Below the pieces are notes generated by a model that had not been told where the DNA came from, searched no databases, and was given only the letters and a program-made list of their open reading frames with translations. A DNA stretch of 64,000 nucleotides, taken from Patescibacteria group bacterium (lineage in GTDB: Bacteria > Patescibacteriota > Microgenomatia > UBA10105 > UBA927). Of this stretch, positions 9,434-17,707 are shown one piece after another. Both the position numbers and the translations under genes were made by a program. Where the stretch lies: the NCBI GenBank assembly GCA_038063875.1, contig JBBTUH010000002.1, positions 78,451-142,450 on the forward strand, given 5' to 3'. Each line of letters opens with the position of its first letter. Position 1 is the stretch's first letter.

Positions 9434-10255
9434 CTAAGTAGTCAACTTTACACCGGTCGAGAGTTCATTGACTACTTTCTTCAATGTTGATTTCACTCGT
9501 TTATATGCACTATCTCCTTTCCACCACGGCGGGAGCAAAGAAAAAGGCAATTGAGGATCATCTTTAAGAATTGCTAAATACGAAACGATTGAAAATTGAT
9601 CACCATCACCTTGATCATGCATCCATGTCACATAACGATCATTCAGTTCCTCTAGTTTGTAAACACGAACAATCATCGCCCGCACGTCCTCTTCCCCAAT
9701 TGATCCATCTTTTCCCATATCAGAAACAATAATATTTCCTTTCAATCCATGTTGTTCAACAAAACCACGAAGTGTATCAATTGGGTTATATGGAGTGATC
9801 CATACCGATTCCTGCAACAAGCCGCATCCAATGACTCTCAAATATTCACGAAGTAAATAACGATCACTACTTTTCTTTTCTGGTATATCGTATGTCACAA
9901 GGTACATCCGTCCGTCCCATACTCGATTTTCGTCGTAATGAGGAAGTATTGCTTCTAACCGCCTTTTTCCTTCAATAGTTATCTCTGGTAATGCACCACG
10001 CCTGATGATCTTTATCCATCCTCGTTTTCTTGCCGTTTGTATGGCATTTTTAAAAACTTCATAGTTTACTTGATCAAGAAACTTATCTGCGCTACGTCTT
10101 GCTCGCCACAATTGCCCATACTGTGATTGAGGCACGCCCATTGAAGCCATATACATCGTAATCCATAATCCTAAATCTACTGAATACGCAAATACCCCTT
10201 CTGCAACCTGAAGTGCTGCCCGACTCAATTTCCTCATTCCTTGTTTTCTACCCAT
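9434..10255 (-). CDS. PaaX-family-like transcriptional regulator (putative)
   Basis: The segment GKRRLEAI...WDGRMYLVTYDIPEKKSSDRYLLREYLRVIGCGLLQESVWITP resembles the PaaX core, whose consensus is GRRRLEA...WDG.W.LV...E..R..LR..L...GFG.L...VW..P. The gene is flanked by two copies of a palindromic element (see findings). Confidence 0.5.
   Translation of the reverse strand: MGRKQGMRKLSRAALQVAEGVFAYSVDLGLWITMYMASMGVPQSQYGQLWRARRSADKFLDQVNYEVFKNAIQTARKRGWIKIIRRGALPEITIEGKRRLEAILPHYDENRVWDGRMYLVTYDIPEKKSSDRYLLREYLRVIGCGLLQESVWITPYNPIDTLRGFVEQHGLKGNIIVSDMGKDGSIGEEDVRAMIVRVYKLEELNDRYVTWMHDQGDGDQFSIVSYLAILKDDPQLPFSLLPPWWKGDSAYKRVKSTLKKVVNELSTGVKLTT
9436..9477. promoter_or_regulatory. Palindromic element, copy 1. 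It has 10-bp inverted arms AAGTAGTCAA/TTGACTACTT and a 22-nt spacer containing CCGGTCG. It overlaps the 3' end of the PaaX-like gene.
   Basis: Read directly from the sequence: aagtagtcaactttacaccggtcgagagttcattgactactt. It may be an operator, a terminator-like hairpin or a repeat element. Confidence 0.5.
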
Positions 10256-10284
10256 GTATCCACTCTACATTCTCAATAATTAAA

Positions 10285-10320
10285 TAGTCAACTATTTTCC
10301 GGTCGGTGTTTAGTTGACTA
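10285..10320. promoter_or_regulatory. Palindromic element, copy 2. It has 9-bp arms TAGTCAACT/AGTTGACTA and an 18-nt spacer containing CCGGTCG. It lies 30 bp upstream of the start of the PaaX-like gene.
   Basis: Read directly from the sequence: atagtcaactattttccggtcggtgtttagttgactact. It has the same core as copy 1 and is a candidate operator in the promoter region of the regulator gene. Confidence 0.5.
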
Positions 10321-10390
10321 CTTATAAAATACTCCTATACTATATTTTTTACCAATTATTTATTACTGTACTTTGGTCATAAATATTTTA

Positions 10391-10411
10391 CTGTACGATA
10401 TTTTCGTACAG
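10391..10411 (-). terminator. Candidate intrinsic-terminator-like hairpin, weak
   Basis: It has a perfect 8-bp stem CTGTACGA/TCGTACAG and a 5-nt loop. It lies about 80 bp downstream of the stop of gene 10490..12082. The trailing sequence is A/T-rich but is not a clean U-tract. Confidence 0.3.
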
Positions 10412-10489
10412 TTGTTTCAAATTAATCACTAGCATACAAAAGAGTGAATAAACTATCAACAAGTATAATCTCTAAGCACACCTCGCACT

Positions 10490-12082
10490 CTATGTACGTT
10501 TAAAAGTAGATTTATGCGCACTTCGATTATCATAAAGTGCTTTGCATATACCGAAAGCTAACAAAGAGAACAAACTGAGCAACGATATGCTATCTGCTAA
10601 AAGTCTAAGTGGAGTCTCTTCAAATCTCACGCGCAACGTATGCTCGCCGCTTGGCATATTCACATGGATAATACCGTTAGGTTGATAAGAAATAGGAGTT
10701 TCTTTCCCATCAACGTACGCTTTCCACCCTGCAAAATAAAGAATTTGTGCAGCTATAGTGCTCTCTTTTTTCGCTTGTACGTTCAAGGTATACGAGAGTG
10801 GCGCTTCTTTCTCTACCTGTATAGTCATATCTTCAGCGTTTGCTTGAAAACGTTTAGTAAATCGATCTTTTTTCCATCCGGTATAGATTGTCGTGAAAGA
10901 GTTCCCCAGTGAAGACGTACCGTCTGTAAATTCTCGCCGAGAAAGATAATGCGCGTCATCCCTTTTTTCATACGTCACCGGCTTCATATAGGAAAAACTT
11001 ACGGTAAACGCCAATAAAGAAAGCCCCACCATAATCCAACGCGACAGCACAGTGGTCAAAAGTGCTGAAAGATATCCCACAGCAATCATAGGAACCATCA
11101 ATAATCTCCATGGATATTGAATATTAGCCATTAAGGGAACGTATCGCCATAGTTGCAACGAGTACTCTGTCATACCAAATATAGCTATCACAACGACACA
11201 AAACACAGGTAAAATATTTTTCCGCAATTCTCTTTTTCGTACTGCGATAAAAAAACTGATACATACGATAAGAAGTGGCACGATGCCGATTTGATAGGAC
11301 ATCTCATCAGCGCTTATTCCTACGCCAGAGAATCCCGTTCCCCATGACGGCAATAGGAGTTGAAAAAGATCTGGAAAATGATCCATATATGAAACGCTAT
11401 TTAACCCCACCATAAAACGACTCTCAACGAGTGCTGGCAGCCAAAAATACGTTGCTAACCCAATTCCTGTAGCGATTGAGAAGATGTTGCCTCGTTTGCG
11501 ATACCACGTATACAAAAAAATAATTGGAATAAATATGAACGCTGTAATATTGTGACTTACTATAATACCGGCTATCCCTATTGCTACACCAAAGGAAATA
11601 CCGTATTCTAACGCTGCAAACGTTAACAATACAAAAGAAAGCGCCCACACCTCGCCTACTGACCCACGCACGTATATATCGACAAACCAATACGGCACGA
11701 GAGAACAAACAATTGTCCCGATCATAGCTGCTCTGTCACCAAATACTCTCTTGAGCCACAAAAAACACCAGAATACCGCAGTCAAGTATCCTGCGGCGAG
11801 GGTGAGTTTCACACTGTCCACAAAGCTCACACCAAAAACATGAAAAAAACTCCCTATATAATTAGGAAACGGATAATGAAAAAGAAAAAGAGGCAATCCA
11901 TATCCGCTATTTAAATCAGGAGCCCACCGTGGAAAAAGATACCCGTATGAGAGCATGGTATAAAACTGCCAGAAACGAATAATGTGATACTCACCATCGT
12001 GCGTTGGTATAAATCGTGCACCAAATAATGGAAGACTTGAGATTATTGCTATCGATAACGCAAATAAAAAATATTTTTTCAT
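10490..12082 (-). CDS. Large polytopic membrane protein, putative GT-C glycosyltransferase, resembling the PF10131 'PTPS-related' family
   Basis: The N-terminal motif is IPTHDGEYHIIRFWQFYTMLSYGYLFPRWAPDLNSGYGLPLFLFHYP, followed by many transmembrane segments and a C-terminal soluble domain. The start was set at the ATG at 12082 (MKKYFLF), which gives an ATGA overlap with the upstream gene. There are four paralogs in this window. Confidence 0.6.
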   Translation of the reverse strand: MKKYFLFALSIAIISSLPLFGARFIPTHDGEYHIIRFWQFYTMLSYGYLFPRWAPDLNSGYGLPLFLFHYPFPNYIGSFFHVFGVSFVDSVKLTLAAGYLTAVFWCFLWLKRVFGDRAAMIGTIVCSLVPYWFVDIYVRGSVGEVWALSFVLLTFAALEYGISFGVAIGIAGIIVSHNITAFIFIPIIFLYTWYRKRGNIFSIATGIGLATYFWLPALVESRFMVGLNSVSYMDHFPDLFQLLLPSWGTGFSGVGISADEMSYQIGIVPLLIVCISFFIAVRKRELRKNILPVFCVVVIAIFGMTEYSLQLWRYVPLMANIQYPWRLLMVPMIAVGYLSALLTTVLSRWIMVGLSLLAFTVSFSYMKPVTYEKRDDAHYLSRREFTDGTSSLGNSFTTIYTGWKKDRFTKRFQANAEDMTIQVEKEAPLSYTLNVQAKKESTIAAQILYFAGWKAYVDGKETPISYQPNGIIHVNMPSGEHTLRVRFEETPLRLLADSISLLSLFSLLAFGICKALYDNRSAHKSTFKRT

Positions 12083-13179
12083 CTTTTCAGGCTGAATGTA
12101 TACCACACCGTATACATCATGGGAGGAATCCATGTCACCAAAGTTCGTATCAGAGGACCTGTGCCTCCATATTCACGCGTGGCTATCCATGGCACGTATC
12201 GGAGCATCAGTCCAAAACTCAACATATACGCGGCTCCCTGAAGAAATGATCGTTTCCCCATTGGTAATAGTGATACAAACACGAGAAACCATATCGCATA
12301 CCATGGATACATTTCTTCTCGAAGCGGTGTGAGCAAAAAGACGCCAAACATACACATTCCTGCCAATAAAGCACGCTTTTCGTCTGATAAGTGACGGAAA
12401 AATACAAAAAGGGGCAATACAACGATAGTTGCACCCTTTACTAATACTGATGCAATCATAAAACCCCATCCCATAATCCTTACTGCTAACTGCGAATTAC
12501 GCCAAAGATATATTCCATAGAGAACAAGCGCCATCATAAACGTATCATTGTGCCCTGATACAAATGTCTCGATAATCACAAGTGGATTAAGAACGAAAAA
12601 CAAGACGTTTCTCACATTCTTTGTCATCCTATATATAAGAATTCCTACCATGACGTATGCGCTTATGACAAAAAGTTTGAATGTATATATTGAAACCAAA
12701 ACATTTCCAAACGAAAGCACATGAGGGATCCACGTCCCCAATATCCAAATCGGTCCATACAGCGCGAGCTTATTGGCAGCCCTTGTAAACTGCAGCATCG
12801 GTTCAAAAAGAAGCTCAGTAGGCATCACCACGTAGGGATTTTCTCGATAAAAATATGCGACTTTTGCGGTAAGGATATAGTTGAATATGTCATGAGACAA
12901 TGCAGGGTATGACAAGAAAAATATTAAACCGATGCAGAATAAAAACAATGCGTATTTTCTAAATGAGAATGCCGTTTTCTCAAACAATATTCGAGCGTAT
13001 AGAAAAAATAATAGAAAAATAAGGAATGTATATACCAACGCTGCTATATACAATTTTTGATAGACAATATGAGTAAGCCATGTGTTTTGCAGTATAGGAA
13101 AATTTGGGTCAACAAACCCAAATGAAAAAATTGAAAAAAGAATTCCCACTATACCATACCAAATAAGCAAAGCAATCAT
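12079..13179 (-). CDS. Polytopic membrane protein of about 366 aa, putative membrane glycosyltransferase (DUF2029/GT87-like?)
   Basis: It is hydrophobic throughout. The motif NPLVIIETFVSGHNDTFMMALVLYG is shared with paralogs at 47690..48772 and, more loosely, 20931..22220. Confidence 0.45.
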   Translation of the reverse strand: MIALLIWYGIVGILFSIFSFGFVDPNFPILQNTWLTHIVYQKLYIAALVYTFLIFLLFFLYARILFEKTAFSFRKYALFLFCIGLIFFLSYPALSHDIFNYILTAKVAYFYRENPYVVMPTELLFEPMLQFTRAANKLALYGPIWILGTWIPHVLSFGNVLVSIYTFKLFVISAYVMVGILIYRMTKNVRNVLFFVLNPLVIIETFVSGHNDTFMMALVLYGIYLWRNSQLAVRIMGWGFMIASVLVKGATIVVLPLFVFFRHLSDEKRALLAGMCMFGVFLLTPLREEMYPWYAIWFLVFVSLLPMGKRSFLQGAAYMLSFGLMLRYVPWIATREYGGTGPLIRTLVTWIPPMMYTVWYTFSLKR

Positions 13180-13688
13180 ATTTCTTGTCGAAGTTTTATT
13201 GACTCCATCAACCTATCATGTATGAATAATACTGTCGAAATTTCATTTTCCGGTGTCCACGTAAATACTGATGGCAATTCATTTTTCAGGGTTTCAAGCA
13301 GTTTCTCATGAACGCTCATCTGCTCTTTTATAGAGGAAACAATAAGTGACATATTTTTCTTTTCCGAAATACCCGCACCAATAAACGAAGGCAATTTAAT
13401 AACTTCATTATCAGAACGATTCAGTGCGTCGAACGCTAATAAATACTGTTTGTACTCAAATAATGTCTTTGCTTCAACCAGATATTTATCTGCCATATTC
13501 ATGATATATTTAGCTTTCGCAATACTGCCAAAACTCCAATATCGTTTCAGTTCGTCTACGACTCGTGAGACTTTATAGATCTTATTTCCGGGCATTACTG
13601 AGGGGTATGGGAGCACATATTCTGCATGTACCGACAGCGGAATAAAAAATATCACGCTGAAAAAGAAAATGAACACGGCGTACTTCAT
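13176..13688 (-). CDS. Small secreted protein of about 170 aa with an N-terminal signal peptide
   Basis: The ORF track extends this ORF to 13925, which overlaps the upstream GT2 gene. The internal ATG at 13688 gives MKYAVFIFFFSVIFFIPLSVHA-EY, with an AXA-like cleavage site, and an ATGA overlap with the GT2 gene's stop. Confidence 0.55.
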   Translation of the reverse strand: MKYAVFIFFFSVIFFIPLSVHAEYVLPYPSVMPGNKIYKVSRVVDELKRYWSFGSIAKAKYIMNMADKYLVEAKTLFEYKQYLLAFDALNRSDNEVIKLPSFIGAGISEKKNMSLIVSSIKEQMSVHEKLLETLKNELPSVFTWTPENEISTVLFIHDRLMESIKLRQEI

Positions 13689-14461
13689 GTCAGGTTGCCA
13701 AATATAAACTTTTTGTATGCCATAGGAAAATGGAGGCTTGAGAATAGTGCAAACTGCAATCCTTGCCATCCATCGACGAACCCCTTGTGCCTTACATAAA
13801 TCATGAAAAAAGTAACAATCGGCTTTATAAAACAATATGCAAAAAGCAATGACATGGTCGATCTTTTGTATTTCTTTCGCAATTCTATAGCAGTAAGATT
13901 CGTATACGTATCCGCTTTTGCCCAATATTCTTCGAGGGTGTTGTTGGTGTAATGAAGCAAAGGTTCCTTCAGCGTCCCAATTTCTCCATCAATCTTGATC
14001 TGTTCATGAACATATTTACATGGCAACCTTCCCTTTCCGTTTTGAAACAAACGCACGAGATAATCAGGATATTGCCCACCTTTGGATAACCATCGACCAA
14101 CGAAAAAATTTTTACGTGGCATTTGATACCCAGCATTTGTGTTCTTTTTCTTTATTACTGATCGGATTTCTTCCGAAAGATCATTACCCACCACTTCATC
14201 AGCATCCAACTGCAAAATCCAATCACTCTTACACATCGCAATAGCTCTGTTTTTATTAATATGAAACATCACTGGATTATCTCGTTTCGAAATGACTGCA
14301 CCAAACTTTTTTGCAATCTCGAGAGTTCCGTCAGAAGACCCACCATCTACAAGCACTATCTCATCCACCCATGACCCGATAGATGCTAAACATGCGCCAA
14401 GTTTTATAGCCTCATTATATGTCGCAATAGCGACGGATATAGTTATTTTCTTTTTTGCCAT
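13685..14461 (-). CDS. GT2-family glycosyltransferase
   Basis: Motifs seen are ISVAIATYNEAIKLGACL and VLVDGGSSDGT. Confidence 0.75.
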   Translation of the reverse strand: MAKKKITISVAIATYNEAIKLGACLASIGSWVDEIVLVDGGSSDGTLEIAKKFGAVISKRDNPVMFHINKNRAIAMCKSDWILQLDADEVVGNDLSEEIRSVIKKKNTNAGYQMPRKNFFVGRWLSKGGQYPDYLVRLFQNGKGRLPCKYVHEQIKIDGEIGTLKEPLLHYTNNTLEEYWAKADTYTNLTAIELRKKYKRSTMSLLFAYCFIKPIVTFFMIYVRHKGFVDGWQGLQFALFSSLHFPMAYKKFIFGNLT

Positions 14462-16065
14462 AGTCCCATTGTAACAAGAAACCCTAAAAATATAATAATA
14501 CCGACTATCGAAATCCAGTTTGCAAACGTTCGAAGCTTGGTGTCAGAAAAAATGATTTCGACATCATGCACTCCTTCAGAAACTTCAAATGTTAACAGTC
14601 CCCGAAATTGAGGATTTTGAAACTCAACAGGAACGCGTGTTTTATCGACGAATACTTCCCAATTGGGGAAATAAAGTGTATTTTCTACCAGCGTTACAGA
14701 TGATAACGAAGTGATGCGATATGAATGATGTGTACTTGTTTGAGTACCGATAGTGATAGACACATCCTTTCCGCTAATCACCTCAATCGGCGCCTTTGCT
14801 GATCTTTCCATAAAGCGAATAGACCAAATCGGTGCACTTTCCCCTGTGTCCGTCGTTCCGTTATACACACCCGTAAAATTACTATCAGGCATACTGGTAT
14901 ATTCCTTTGCATGCCACATAGAAACACTTGAAACAATCGCTATAACAGACAAGAGCACCACCACGAGTGTTCTTTGGTGTTTACCAAGCGTTGCCACAAC
15001 CAACGCTGCGATAATAGGCACAATAAATGTCGTGACGTGTAAAAATCTCCATGGAAATTGAAACTTTTGCAGCAGCGTCACCGTTTTCCACACGGGTTCT
15101 GCCACTGATGTCATCAACAATAAAAACGCTACAACAGAAACAAGTATGCCGATGAGAAGAATTTTTGATGTTCTACCCATAAAACGCACGAAATATAATG
15201 CTGCCACCAAAACTACAATATGTGCAAACCCTAAAAACTTGGATATTTCGCTTGCGGTGCCATACGCCCATGTTGGATTGAAAAAATCCAAGAAGTTTAC
15301 AAATCTCGATGTAAACTCCCCCCTAGTGACGATGTCACGCAAGGTGTATTTACCCTCAATCAATGCAGGCAACCAAAAAAATGCAGATAAGACAAACCCG
15401 AAAATTAAGCCTGACAAAGATCTAAAAACAAATTCCCGTTTTCGTTTCGTTTGAAAAACCAAAAGATACACGGTAAACATTCCTATGATAGGAAGCATCA
15501 TCAAGCTGACTGCATTATGAGACAAAAGCAGTCCCACCATACTCAAAGCAATAAGAATGACAGACGATCGCCATAAGCCTAAAAGGATAAGCGGCAGAAA
15601 AATAAACGCAATATGTTCGCCAATTGCACCTCGTACATACATATCGACAAATCTATATGGGGCAAAACCGTATAGCACTGCCGCAAGTATTCCTGCTTGA
15701 ATCCCAAAAACCGTTGAGGCAAACAGGTACATCGAAAAAATGCTTGCAATAAATCCAAATGCAAAAACAAGTTTCACGCTATCAACAAAAGAAAATCCAA
15801 TCGCATGAAATGCTGACCCTATATATGAAGGTAATGGATATAAAAACATCAAAATAGGATGCCCGTATCCCCAATTAAGATTACCAGCCCACCGTGGAAT
15901 GATAATCCCCTCTGAAAGCGATTGATAAAAATTAGCAATTCTTGCGACATGATCTTTACCATCATGTGAAATTGGGAGTCCAACGCGTAACAAATCAAGG
16001 AGGGGCAATAGAGAAACAATGATAAGTACGAACCAGATAATCCAGCCTAAATGTAATTTTTTCAT
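14443..16065 (-). CDS. Large polytopic membrane protein, PF10131-like putative GT-C glycosyltransferase (paralog)
   Basis: The N-terminal motif is PISHDGKDHVARIANFYQSLSEGIIIPRWAGNLNWGYGHPILMFLYPLPSYIGSAFHAIGFSFVDSVKL, which is paralogous to gene 10490..12082. Confidence 0.6.
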   Translation of the reverse strand: MKKLHLGWIIWFVLIIVSLLPLLDLLRVGLPISHDGKDHVARIANFYQSLSEGIIIPRWAGNLNWGYGHPILMFLYPLPSYIGSAFHAIGFSFVDSVKLVFAFGFIASIFSMYLFASTVFGIQAGILAAVLYGFAPYRFVDMYVRGAIGEHIAFIFLPLILLGLWRSSVILIALSMVGLLLSHNAVSLMMLPIIGMFTVYLLVFQTKRKREFVFRSLSGLIFGFVLSAFFWLPALIEGKYTLRDIVTRGEFTSRFVNFLDFFNPTWAYGTASEISKFLGFAHIVVLVAALYFVRFMGRTSKILLIGILVSVVAFLLLMTSVAEPVWKTVTLLQKFQFPWRFLHVTTFIVPIIAALVVATLGKHQRTLVVVLLSVIAIVSSVSMWHAKEYTSMPDSNFTGVYNGTTDTGESAPIWSIRFMERSAKAPIEVISGKDVSITIGTQTSTHHSYRITSLSSVTLVENTLYFPNWEVFVDKTRVPVEFQNPQFRGLLTFEVSEGVHDVEIIFSDTKLRTFANWISIVGIIIFLGFLVTMGLWQKRK

Positions 16066-17702
16066 AATGTGAATACAATAATTGCCTCTTTTCCATCAAG
16101 ATTTCTAAAGACATTTAATACCCGTTTATGTACTGGGGCATCTTTACTATCGGCAATATAAATTGTGTCCGATCGCAAGACTTCTTTAGACCAATCTATA
16201 ACGCGAAATCTCACATTTTCAATCATATGAGGTTTGTCGTATCCGCCCGACACACTGCCACCGAGTGCTTGATAACGCACAGGATCAAACGCTGTATAAA
16301 AAAGATAAAACATATACGATTGGTATAAATTTCCGCTATTGGCAAACTCTATTTTTTTGTAGGAAGCTTTCGGGTTGGTAACAAAAGACATCGTATCTTC
16401 CATGGCATATTGAAACGCATCAGATTGTGTGGTGGGAAAAATCACAAAATATCCTTTCCAAAACTCCAGCAAACTCCATAAGACAACAAGTATCAGGATC
16501 ATCCATCTTCCCCACGTACGTAGCTTTTTTGACACATACCATAGCTCGAGCCATCCAATACCACCAATCAGGGATAATGCAGGCAACAACGTATATGCTC
16601 GCATCGCATGAGGAGCTTGCGTGGTAATCGAAGCGGGTAATGGCGCGGACAATACCCACGCCAATAACAAAAGAATGATGCGTATATCGATATGACTCAG
16701 TACTAATATATACCCTACCCCCACCACAATACCGATAATCTCCCAAGGATACAAAAGACCCATGTATGGTACTTTATGTGCTTCACGTGCACTACCAGTG
16801 AATAACCACGATGGAGAAAAATGAGAAAAATAATTTTGTAGAAATACACGTGCCATAACCACTTTTCTGTGGTTTACCAGCTGTGGGAAGGTATTATTTT
16901 GGCTTTTTGCTTTTTGAAAATTATCAAACGCCTGCACAAATACTGGCGCGTCTACGGAAAACGCACTTGTTCCCTTAAACCTACTAAGTCCTGCCCCAGT
17001 CACCGTGACGTATACAGCTGGCAGAGCTATCAAGCTAAATAAGGCGATACTGAAAAATAAAATTTTCCACTCCTTCAACAACTGCTTCCCATACAAAAGT
17101 CCTGCGCTTAAAAGTAACACGGGCACAATAAGTTTTTGACTCTGATATCCATGAAGGGAAAGTCCAAACCACGCAGCCATAAAGACAAGTGCCCATGGCT
17201 TTTTTTCTAAAATAAAAACGAAAAGCATGTATATACCGGCAATTGTAAGCGTCAACCCCAAATTCGCCTCGTGCCCAAGTCGAGAAATATATATATGCCA
17301 TGGTGAAATAGTCAGTAACAATGCTGACACTTCACCCAAATAGTGTAGCCTCGTGTTAAACCGCGATAGAAGTTTGCCAATCCGATACAACATCCATACC
17401 GCAAGAAGCGACAAAATGATGGACGGAAATCGAACTGCCAGAGATGAGAGTCCCATAAATTTTACGAATGGGATGACCAAATAGACATACAGTGCCGGCC
17501 TCCAGTCGTCATACGCTCGAAGAAGTAAGGGTAATCTATATCCATATTCGTCTGTACCAGTATAGAGTATAGAATACGCGTTATATCCTATTGAAACTTC
17601 ATCAAGCGATGGTGCTGGCGGCACAATTGCTAATGCATAAAGTCGCAAAAATGCGGCAAGAAGAAAAATGATCGCGAATGCTAAAAAATCACGCTTAAAC
17701 AT
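16062..17702 (-). CDS. PMT/ArnT-type (GT39-like) GT-C membrane glycosyltransferase
   Basis: The N-terminal motif is LAAFLRLYALAIVPPAPSLDEVSIGYNAYSILYTGTDEYGYRLPL. This is a DE motif in the first extracytoplasmic loop, followed by many transmembrane segments and a C-terminal soluble domain. It is the first of three tandem paralogs. Confidence 0.65.
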   Translation of the reverse strand: MFKRDFLAFAIIFLLAAFLRLYALAIVPPAPSLDEVSIGYNAYSILYTGTDEYGYRLPLLLRAYDDWRPALYVYLVIPFVKFMGLSSLAVRFPSIILSLLAVWMLYRIGKLLSRFNTRLHYLGEVSALLLTISPWHIYISRLGHEANLGLTLTIAGIYMLFVFILEKKPWALVFMAAWFGLSLHGYQSQKLIVPVLLLSAGLLYGKQLLKEWKILFFSIALFSLIALPAVYVTVTGAGLSRFKGTSAFSVDAPVFVQAFDNFQKAKSQNNTFPQLVNHRKVVMARVFLQNYFSHFSPSWLFTGSAREAHKVPYMGLLYPWEIIGIVVGVGYILVLSHIDIRIILLLLAWVLSAPLPASITTQAPHAMRAYTLLPALSLIGGIGWLELWYVSKKLRTWGRWMILILVVLWSLLEFWKGYFVIFPTTQSDAFQYAMEDTMSFVTNPKASYKKIEFANSGNLYQSYMFYLFYTAFDPVRYQALGGSVSGGYDKPHMIENVRFRVIDWSKEVLRSDTIYIADSKDAPVHKRVLNVFRNLDGKEAIIVFTL

Positions 17703-17707
17703 ACTTG

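Noticed and set aside
9434-10330. The PaaX-like gene plus flanking palindromes as a mobile insertion cassette
   Set aside because: There are no target-site duplications beyond the palindromes themselves, no recombinase, and no obvious compositional shift. I kept it only as an alternative explanation inside the regulator finding.
10256-10489. A possible tRNA or small RNA gene in the largest intergenic region
   Set aside because: I found no T-loop (GTTCGAATCC-like) or acceptor-stem pairing. The region is explained by the promoter, operator palindrome and hairpin. I cannot run tRNAscan, so this is not definitive.
13176-13925. The long 249-aa form of ORF 13176..13925 in the track
   Set aside because: Its first 79 codons overlap the 3' end of the upstream GT2 gene in another frame. 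The internal ATG at 13688 gives a textbook signal peptide and an ATGA junction, so the shorter form was annotated instead.
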